Source: Nitrososphaeraceae archaeon
GTDB lineage: Archaea; Thermoproteota; Nitrososphaeria; Nitrososphaerales; Nitrososphaeraceae
Assembly: GCA_044870765.1 (NCBI GenBank)
Contig: JBIOZG010000025.1
Coordinates: 1 to 12,526, forward strand
Direction of reading: 5' to 3'
DNA length: 12,526 nt
In this document: positions 1 through 6,556 of the stretch, one piece after another
Numbering within the stretch: position 1 is the first letter of the stretch
Layout: every line of letters begins with the position of its first letter
Made by a program: the position numbers and the translations under genes
The notes under the pieces: model-generated
The model's input: only the letters and a program-made list of their open reading frames with translations
What the model was told of the DNA's origin: nothing
Database searches by the model: none

Positions 1-868
1 TCACAGTTGCCACATTACTCTCCACTTCTTTATCATCAATTACCTTGAATGCAAAACTCTCATTTCCAATATAGTCTGTTTCCGGAACAAAAGTTAACGT
101 CCCTTTTGTTGTGTCAAAATTGTCCAAACTTGCATCGGTTGGGTTAGATACGATTGCAAATTGTATGGGATCATTATCATGATCCTTTCCCGTCAAAGTG
201 ATGTCAGCTTTTTCATTCATCTGGATTGATAGGTCTTGATCATAAGCAAAAGGAGACTGGTTGTTTGCACTTAATTCGTTATTTTTGATTAATTGTTTTG
301 TTGTTTGATTTTCAGCTTCCGTGTTGGTCTCATCACCTGTTGTTGTTGTCGCCTGTTGGTCGGTTTCATCACCTGTTGTTGTTGTCGCCTGTTGGTCGGT
401 TTCATCTCCTGTTGTTGTTGCCGCCTGTTGGTCGGTTTCATCTCCTGTTGTTGTTGTCGCCTGTTGGTCGATCTGAGTAACTGCTTTGACTTCTATCTCA
501 ACGTCAGCTGAATCACTTTCTGCTCCTTTATCATCAATCACTTTAAATTTGAATCCATCATCTCCCGAGTAATCCTGTTCTGGTATGTAGGTAACAGTAC
601 CGTCCGACTTGTCAAAATTATCAAGTTTTCCATGTGATGGATCTGATACTATATCAAATTGGATCTTATCATCTTTATCATCTTCATTACCTTCTAAGGT
701 AATCTTTACTTTATCATTAGCATCTACAGACACCTTCTGATCTTCGGCCTTCGGTGCTTGATTGGTCTGGGCAAATATGAAATGACTATCATAAAATTGA
801 AAAGTAAGATTGATTACATTACCATTAATCAGGATTAGTAGGCCCACCATCAGGCATTTTTTATACAT
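1..868 (-). CDS. Secreted/surface protein with tandem Big_9 (tandem-95, cadherin-like) Ig domains and a Thr/Gln/Asp-rich repeat linker; 3' end runs off the window
   Basis: Not in the ORF track because there is no stop in the window. Manual translation from ATG 868: MYKKCLMVGLLILINGNVINLTFQFYDSHFIFAQT (signal-like), then NQAPKAEDQKVSVDANDKVKITLEG..DDKDDKIQFDIVSDPSHGKL..GTVTYIPEQDYSGDDGFKFKVIDDKGAES. After the linker comes a second copy, NQSPFAYDQDLSIQMNEKADITLTGKDHDNDPIQFAIVSNP..GTLTFVPETDYIGNESFAFKVIDDKEVESNVATV. An alternative in-frame ATG lies at 901. Confidence 0.9.
   Translation of the reverse strand, partial: MYKKCLMVGLLILINGNVINLTFQFYDSHFIFAQTNQAPKAEDQKVSVDANDKVKITLEGNEDDKDDKIQFDIVSDPSHGKLDNFDKSDGTVTYIPEQDYSGDDGFKFKVIDDKGAESDSADVEIEVKAVTQIDQQATTTTGDETDQQAATTTGDETDQQATTTTGDETDQQATTTTGDETNTEAENQTTKQLIKNNELSANNQSPFAYDQDLSIQMNEKADITLTGKDHDNDPIQFAIVSNPTDASLDNFDTTKGTLTFVPETDYIGNESFAFKVIDDKEVESNVATV
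331..470. repeat. 36-bp coding tandem repeat, about 3.9 copies (DQQATTTTGDET on the - strand)
   Basis: Unit catcacctgttgttgttgtcgcctgttggtcggttt starts at 331, 367, 403 and 439, with only 1-2 substitutions between copies and no spacers. Confidence 0.97.
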
Positions 869-917
869 TTGTACTGCATGATTGTATTCACCCACATGCA
901 TAAAAATGTTGAAATTC

Positions 918-1087
918 CTAATATTTGTCAATTTTAAGACTTATTGAGGTCGGCACAATTTCTCTGACACTTAAATTCTTAAAATCAACGTCGGTCGGTA
1001 TGTCCCATCTAAATGTTGTAATCGGACCATCCAACTTATTATCTGGTCTGGTGCTCCACCGCATTCTCCTCCTTCCGTACTCCAACC
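918..1087 (-). pseudogene. Frameshifted C-terminal remnant of a Nitrososphaeraceae extracellular protein family (..GWxxxGxECGGAPDQIIxWGGPIxTFRWD..DVDFKNLSVREI..)
   Basis: 1087-1031 reads GWSTEGGECGGAPDQIISW. After 2 nt (1030-1029), 1028-918 reads GPITTFRWDIPTDVDFKNLSVREIVPTSISLKIDKY*. Joined, they resemble a C-terminal motif I recall from Nitrososphaera proteins. There is no start codon or N-terminal part. Confidence 0.7.
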
Positions 1088-1305
1088 TAAGAACTCTTCT
1101 TTTTTCGTTCTTTATATGAAGAATCAGCAGTATCTGAAATAACAAATACATATCTTATTCCGCTTGTTCTCAAAGTCTTATTTAACATGGAATTCATCCT
1201 TTCGACGTCATTTTTTACTTTGGATTCAGTATATCTATTCGTGCTAGCAACTACATATTGAAAATCATCATTTTGATATTTGTGAATCTCGTATATAACT
1301 GCCAT
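1087..1305 (-). CDS. Small hypothetical protein (72 aa)
   Basis: ATG start, protein-like composition, basic tail (KERKKKSS), same orientation as neighbours and occupies an otherwise empty gap. Confidence 0.7.
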   Translation of the reverse strand: MAVIYEIHKYQNDDFQYVVASTNRYTESKVKNDVERMNSMLNKTLRTSGIRYVFVISDTADSSYKERKKKSS

Positions 1306-1414
1306 ATATTCGACAATCTAGAGATGGCCTAATCTTATTTTGGTCCAAAATTATTTGACAAGAAAATAAAACTACCTTGATTGATCATGATATTTTTGCT
1401 GAGTGCTTGGCACC

Positions 1415-2134
1415 TCAGTCCAATTGTATATATGAACTGTTATTTTTCAACCATGTTTTACAATACTTGTACGTCGGTAATGCATCTTGTACCAGCTTCC
1501 AAAAAAGGCTTGAATGGTTAAATTCAATCAAGTGAAATAATTCATGGATTATTATATAATCAATAATGTTGATAGGAAGTGCGGATAAAAGCAAGTTAAA
1601 ATTCAAATTGCCCTGTTTTGAACAGCTCCCCCACCTAGTCTTTTGGTTTCTTATCCTTACACTTCCATAAGATATTGATAACTTTTTTCCATAAAATGGG
1701 ACCTTGTTATCCAATATTTTCTTTGTTTGTTCCCTATACCATCCCGCAACGCTTCTTTTGTACATACGCCTATCTTTTACGTGGAATGTTATTTTCATTA
1801 GATTCTCAGATATGGTAGCGTATTGTGTGTTGTCCTTAACAATCTGAATCCCATATTTTCTCCCCAGGTAGACAATTTCGTTCTTCTGAAGGGGGCCATA
1901 TTCTAGTTTATCATTCAATTTCTTATATAATTGAATTTTTTTCATAATCCATTTATTATTTACATTGATGAAATTCCTAATTGATTCAATGCCCTCATTT
2001 AACGGACATATAACAGAAACCCCGTAACGGTCCACCCTAATGCTTAACCTTCTGCTTCTTTTACTTTTTATCAATATCACGGATACGATGGAGTCATCAG
2101 GAAAAGTTACTTCCAAATATGATTCAGTGCTCAA
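1415..2134 (-). CDS. YgjP/DUF45 (M48/SprT-like) zinc-dependent hydrolase
   Basis: Family motifs KSKRSRRLSIRV, IRNQKTRWGSCS, LNFNLLL, IDYIIIHELFHL (HExxH) and NHSSLFW. TTG start. Confidence 0.9.
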   Translation of the reverse strand: MSTESYLEVTFPDDSIVSVILIKSKRSRRLSIRVDRYGVSVICPLNEGIESIRNFINVNNKWIMKKIQLYKKLNDKLEYGPLQKNEIVYLGRKYGIQIVKDNTQYATISENLMKITFHVKDRRMYKRSVAGWYREQTKKILDNKVPFYGKKLSISYGSVRIRNQKTRWGSCSKQGNLNFNLLLSALPINIIDYIIIHELFHLIEFNHSSLFWKLVQDALPTYKYCKTWLKNNSSYIQLD

Positions 2135-2259
2135 GTTACCTTGACATTAATAGGAAGAAATTGTCACTATTTTTATTTATTGATGGAAATATTGCAGCCG
2201 TTGAAATTCAGCTGGTTCCGACAAACTGGCAGAAGTGTCAAAGGTACTAGCAAGCGGTC

Positions 2260-3390
2260 TTAACCGAACGTGAAGGTATATATTTTGAATCCGTTTCCAT
2301 GCGCGTTTATTTCAATTACGTGGTTTCCATAGTTTTTATCGTTTGTAATATTGTAGAGCCTCTGACCATCTATCTTCAGCGTTCCCTCCGCATCCAGATC
2401 ATTCCCTTTTAGTGCATTACTAATATTGTTATCTTTACCATCCACCTTCACGTTTAACTGACCTTTTCCACCTGCTACGATATTTACGGATTTTGCTGAG
2501 TAATCCAGTACGATACTCCCGTTAGTTCCTACAAGCTCCATGCTGTCTGGATTGTTCTTCCATGGCCCTTTAAGGTAAATAACATTAGGTTTCAAATCAG
2601 ATGCAGGTATTGTATAGTTGACAGTTTTTTCTGGATTGAATCCTTCTGTATTTCCAAGTTGATCTCTTGCATATTGATATCCAAAGTATAATTCGGGGGT
2701 TCTGATTTGATTAAAATCAACCGATTGTGTTTGTGGCGTACTCAATTTTGTTTGATTAATATCCGCAATTTGAACACCTTGTTGCTTCATTCGTTCTGTC
2801 AACAATTGCCTAATGGCATTTTCGGTTTCCAAATAACCTCCTTCTCCGATATGATCATATATAATGTATCCTTCTGAATCTACAAGATATTTCCGTGGCC
2901 AGTAACTATTTTGATAAGCGTTCCAAATATCATGATTATTGTCCAGCAATACCGGATATTTTATTCCAAATCTTGTTACGGCTTGCTTGACGTTATCTGT
3001 ATTTTTTTCAAATTCAAATTCGGGACTATGAATTCCTACTATGACCAATCCCTTGTCAGAATATTTTTGATTCCAATCAACAAGATACGGCAAGGTCCTG
3101 ATGCAGTTAATGCAACTATATGTCCAAAAGTCAACCAATACTACTTTTCCCTTTAGATCTGACAGCTTTGTCCCGTTTGAATTAATGTACGCAGTAATTC
3201 CCTCGAACTCCGGTGCTTTTTTAAGTTGAGATTTGTCTAGTGGTAAATCTACATTTCTAATACTGCTTGCACCAATATTTTCAGGGGATGATTTATTCAG
3301 TTCAGGATTATTAAAGTAAATTGCAAATCCTACTATAAGCGCCACAACTCCTATACCAGTTAACAAGGCACTGAGGTTATCCTTATTCAG
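2260..3390 (-). CDS. Membrane-anchored thioredoxin/redoxin, DipZ-like (TlpA-like domain plus C-terminal DipZ beta domain)
   Basis: N-terminal TM (GIGVVALIVGFAIYF), LKGKVVLVDFWTYSCINCIRTLP (CxxC), GIHSPEFEFEK, YWPRKYLVD, HIGEGGY, TPELYFGY and terminal YTFTFG. The ORF track starts at TTG 3366, but the frame is open up to CTG 3390, directly after the ccdA stop. Confidence 0.9.
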   Translation of the reverse strand: MNKDNLSALLTGIGVVALIVGFAIYFNNPELNKSSPENIGASSIRNVDLPLDKSQLKKAPEFEGITAYINSNGTKLSDLKGKVVLVDFWTYSCINCIRTLPYLVDWNQKYSDKGLVIVGIHSPEFEFEKNTDNVKQAVTRFGIKYPVLLDNNHDIWNAYQNSYWPRKYLVDSEGYIIYDHIGEGGYLETENAIRQLLTERMKQQGVQIADINQTKLSTPQTQSVDFNQIRTPELYFGYQYARDQLGNTEGFNPEKTVNYTIPASDLKPNVIYLKGPWKNNPDSMELVGTNGSIVLDYSAKSVNIVAGGKGQLNVKVDGKDNNISNALKGNDLDAEGTLKIDGQRLYNITNDKNYGNHVIEINAHGNGFKIYTFTFG

Positions 3391-4158
3391 CTACGGTCCC
3401 CTTTCTATTTTGATGATCTCGTTGGCAAGTGGAAAATTACCCAGAATACTGAGATTATTTGTAAATACCAGTATTCCAAGTAATATCAACATGATTCCCA
3501 TTGCAGGATTAAAATATTTCAAATGTTTCACCATTTTTCTAATTACGCTAGTGGCCTGTGAAAAGAAAATGCTTGTTACTAAAAATGGTATTCCGAGACC
3601 TAGCGAGTATGCCAGTAGTGAATTGTAGGCGGCTCCGGGTGCGGTCGCCGCCAATGTAAGAGTACTTCCCAGTATAGGTCCCACACATGGAGTCCAACCT
3701 GCAGCAAATGCAGCTCCAAACACAAATGATGTAATGTAACTGGTCTTGAATTTAGGAATAGCAGTAAATTTCTTCTCAAAATTAAGGCGTCTCAATTTTG
3801 TAGAGAGTATCAAGTAAACACCAAATCCTATAATTACAAGACCGCCAAGAGACGTCAATACATTTTGAAAGCTTACCCCTACACTCAGCAAAATACTATT
3901 CAGAAATACCCCAAGAAGCGCAAAAACAAGAGAGAATCCCAGAACAAAATAGACGGTATTTAGAAAAATGTTTAATCTGGTGGATCTTTTTAACTTGAGA
4001 GATTGCCCTGATTGTCCTGATGAATCTTGAATTTCATTTAGCGTTGTTCCAGAAAGATACGAGACAAATGCCGGTAAAATGGGCAAAATACATGGTGAAA
4101 AAAAAGATCCTGCACCTGCAAGAGCGGAAAAAACGATGCTAGAATCGACCATATTCAT
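3391..4158 (-). CDS. ccdA: Cytochrome c biogenesis/thiol-disulfide transporter CcdA (DsbD transmembrane domain)
   Basis: About six hydrophobic helices with the two diagnostic motifs SFFSPCILPILPAFVSYL and AAGWTPCVGPILGS, plus YSLGLGIPF. Confidence 0.93.
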   Translation of the reverse strand: MNMVDSSIVFSALAGAGSFFSPCILPILPAFVSYLSGTTLNEIQDSSGQSGQSLKLKRSTRLNIFLNTVYFVLGFSLVFALLGVFLNSILLSVGVSFQNVLTSLGGLVIIGFGVYLILSTKLRRLNFEKKFTAIPKFKTSYITSFVFGAAFAAGWTPCVGPILGSTLTLAATAPGAAYNSLLAYSLGLGIPFLVTSIFFSQATSVIRKMVKHLKYFNPAMGIMLILLGILVFTNNLSILGNFPLANEIIKIERGP

Positions 4159-4318
4159 AATGGTTCTTTTTTTGGATTAATACTTTTGTCCAGATTAACA
4201 CCAGATTTATTACAAATCTAAAAGTACCTTGTTTCTGTATTTGCTATTTACTATGGTTACAACTTGAGTTACAAAAAGATTGGGATTTGCGGATTCTATT
4301 CTGGTTGTATTGTAAATC

Positions 4319-4948
4319 TTACTTCTTTATTTCTGTAAGTCGCAGCGCATCTAGATCCTGCTCTGTTTCCATCTGATTCTTGTTACCGTATACTATCAGT
4401 ATTCTATCGTCGTCCTTTATCACATAGTTTGCAATTGAGTCCGTTTTGTTTCCATTTATATAAAATTCCAAATTTGAATTTCCATTACTGCAATAGCTTG
4501 TCTTATTTTCAAGAGTGAAGCAATTATTCGTAACATTCATCCCTACGCTTCTAAAGAATTCTTCCACTGGAACTCCGGTTGCATGTCTGTGCATTGTATT
4601 GCCATCATTATTCTCGACATGGATATATTGGGATCTAACTTGGTATTGTGGCTGACTGAAATTTAGTTTTTGACCATTTATTTTGACTGCGAATGCTGCA
4701 TGAACATGTTCAGATCCAAGTGGCCCAAATTGCCGACTTGGTTTTACCAAATGTTCAGAATATATATTTACTGCATATGCCATGATGGCCAAGAGTACTA
4801 TTACAGCCGGTATAATTATCATCAAATTCTTCTTTCTTCTCTTACGAGATACGGCAAAATAGCTCTTATCATCTCGCTCTTTTCTTGGATTGAGTGCCTT
4901 GTCTTTCTTTGTGTTATTGTCTTTCTTTTTATTATTCTTCATTTTCAC
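4319..4948 (-). CDS. Membrane-anchored His-rich hypothetical protein, probable metal binder
   Basis: Basic N-terminus, one TM (LMIIIPAVIVLLAIMAYAV), then EHVHAAF, YIHVE, MHRHATG, a Cys pair (NCF..SYC) and a C-terminal FYING..YVIKDDDRILIVYG. GTG start at 4948; an ATG also lies at 4942. Confidence 0.85.
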   Translation of the reverse strand: MKMKNNKKKDNNTKKDKALNPRKERDDKSYFAVSRKRRKKNLMIIIPAVIVLLAIMAYAVNIYSEHLVKPSRQFGPLGSEHVHAAFAVKINGQKLNFSQPQYQVRSQYIHVENNDGNTMHRHATGVPVEEFFRSVGMNVTNNCFTLENKTSYCSNGNSNLEFYINGNKTDSIANYVIKDDDRILIVYGNKNQMETEQDLDALRLTEIKK

Positions 4949-5054
4949 GCATCAACTAATGATTTATTCGTTAGAACTTTGATGGATAATTTAAAGAAAT
5001 CTCTATAAGAATTTACTAAAAGGCATACGATTTTGATAATGAAAATTAAGCAAA

Positions 5055-6482
5055 TTACGGGCTAGTGTAGATTTGTTTGAATTTTTCAGGCAATTCAGGG
5101 TTGCCATATTCGTCAGAATACGCAGAATAGACATTTATTTTCTCTCCATGCTTAATCTCGTAAGATCCAATCAACCTTATGTTATTCCTGTATTCTTCGT
5201 AAAGTGGTATTAACTGCATAGCAAAGTTTTCAGTAATGAGAATGTGCCAGCTGTCACCCAAGTCCATAACTCTCCTTGCCATTATTATGCCCGGACCCCA
5301 AACGTTAAGCCTGTTTGATATATCATAAACCGTAAATACAGGTCCAGAGCTCAGACCGATTCTTACCTTTATTCTGTTTTCAGGTTCCATTCGCTTATTA
5401 TATTTGCGTAAATATCCATGTAGCTCAACACTGAGTTTGTAAGGCAATTCCGGATTGTTTTCATACCCTATAGCCATGCCGTCACCTGCCGGAAGAATTA
5501 TTTTCTGCTCATCGGATATTTTCCTAAACGAATTACAGGAACTTATGAATTCATTCAGTCTGACTATCTTTTCCTTCTGCCTGTGAACCGCCAGTTCTGG
5601 ATTAGATAGTCCTACAATATCAATGAAGCAAAAATGATAATTCAATACTTCGTATTTTGGATCAAGGTCCTTGAAGACCGACATAAATTTTCTATATGTT
5701 CTTGCGCATCCTTCCGTATGAAATGGCAAGTCAAGATAATATACCGGAGGATGTTGAATGACTCTTCCGTCCAGAGTACATTTAAGTAAATCATAAGCAA
5801 AGGTGAATCTTCCATTTTTATCAATATTAAACTGTATCCAAGTAGGTTTGGTCATTGCATGGCCAGCCATTGAAAGTAATCGTATTTTCCTAATCAAAGA
5901 GTCATTAGACTCTTCAAATTTCATCTCCATTATCCCATCACAAAAAGACATTATGGGGTGATATTCTGAAGATGCGGGAGTATCAATAGTGAAAATTCCA
6001 ATTGTCTTTTTTTTCTTTAATTGAAAAATCAATTTTGTCAAAAACCTCCTTACTGAATCCACTTCAAAAATATTACAAAAATGATTTAACGAATCCATGA
6101 CAAAGTAAACTATATTGTTTTCATCTAGACTGTGACTGTCATTTTGATCTTTGGAAGCATCAATTTGTATATCTGAAAGAAAAGAAGTTATTCTACCCAA
6201 TGCTTCATCTAGTGACTTTTGATTTGGGGTATCGTAAAGGAGAACGGGATTTACAAATAGTGAATTGAATTTCTTCCCATCGATGTTAAGTAATTCAAAT
6301 TTTTCTTTATCAGTGACCTTCGAAGAAAGAAAGATGCATTTTTTTCTAGAACTTAAACCCTCTTCAAGAAATTCTCTACAATAATCTCTCTTTCCTATTC
6401 CAGGTGGGCCAGACAAGAGAAACAATGTCGGTGAAATATTTTCCTCACCGTCTGTGAGTTCAGCGAGTCCCGGAATAGTCAT
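5055..6482 (-). CDS. Fusion of a KaiC/RAD55-like (RecA-fold) ATPase domain, a TRASH-like linker and a class III (adenylate/guanylate-type) nucleotidyl cyclase
   Basis: N-terminal TIPGLAEL, FLLSGPPGIGKR (Walker A-like), FVMDSL (Walker B), FCDGIMEMK, RKIRL. Middle CTLDGRVI..FHTEGCARTY. C-terminal FIDIVGLS, AGDGMAI, VRIGLSSGPV, NVWGPGIIMARRVMD, HILIT, IKHG. Confidence 0.88.
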   Translation of the reverse strand: MTIPGLAELTDGEENISPTLFLLSGPPGIGKRDYCREFLEEGLSSRKKCIFLSSKVTDKEKFELLNIDGKKFNSLFVNPVLLYDTPNQKSLDEALGRITSFLSDIQIDASKDQNDSHSLDENNIVYFVMDSLNHFCNIFEVDSVRRFLTKLIFQLKKKKTIGIFTIDTPASSEYHPIMSFCDGIMEMKFEESNDSLIRKIRLLSMAGHAMTKPTWIQFNIDKNGRFTFAYDLLKCTLDGRVIQHPPVYYLDLPFHTEGCARTYRKFMSVFKDLDPKYEVLNYHFCFIDIVGLSNPELAVHRQKEKIVRLNEFISSCNSFRKISDEQKIILPAGDGMAIGYENNPELPYKLSVELHGYLRKYNKRMEPENRIKVRIGLSSGPVFTVYDISNRLNVWGPGIIMARRVMDLGDSWHILITENFAMQLIPLYEEYRNNIRLIGSYEIKHGEKINVYSAYSDEYGNPELPEKFKQIYTSP

Positions 6483-6506
6483 TTGACATATTATATCAAA
6501 TTGGGT

Positions 6507-6523
6507 CTATATACCTGTTTTTT
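6507..6523 (-). promoter_or_regulatory. Putative BRE/TATA promoter for the KaiC-cyclase gene
   Basis: Minus strand reads AAAAAACAG-GTATATAG, ending about 25 nt upstream of ATG 6482, which fits a leaderless or short-leader archaeal transcript. Confidence 0.45.
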
Positions 6524-6556
6524 GTGCCTGTGAAAAACAATGAAAAATCTATTGTT

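Noticed and set aside
331-470. 36-bp repeats as a CRISPR array
   Set aside because: The units are head-to-tail with no spacers, lie in frame within a CDS, and there are no cas genes.
293-511. Plus-strand Cys-rich (72 aa) and Leu/His-rich (60 aa) ORFs that look like metallothionein-type peptides
   Set aside because: They are antisense shadows of the 36-bp repeat within the minus-strand Big_9 gene.
918-1151. 77-aa minus-strand ORF and 64-aa plus-strand ORF (925-1119) as intact genes
   Set aside because: The 77-aa ORF overlaps the 72-aa gene and is better explained as half of a frameshifted remnant. The plus ORF is its antisense.
1577-1585. GAAGTGCGG match to the tRNA 3' end as a possible att site
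   Set aside because: Only 9 bp, inside a conserved CDS, with no integrase nearby.
2911-5008. Plus-strand ORFs 2911-3156, 3410-3628 and 4670-5008
   Set aside because: They are antisense to well-supported genes and have no recognisable motifs.
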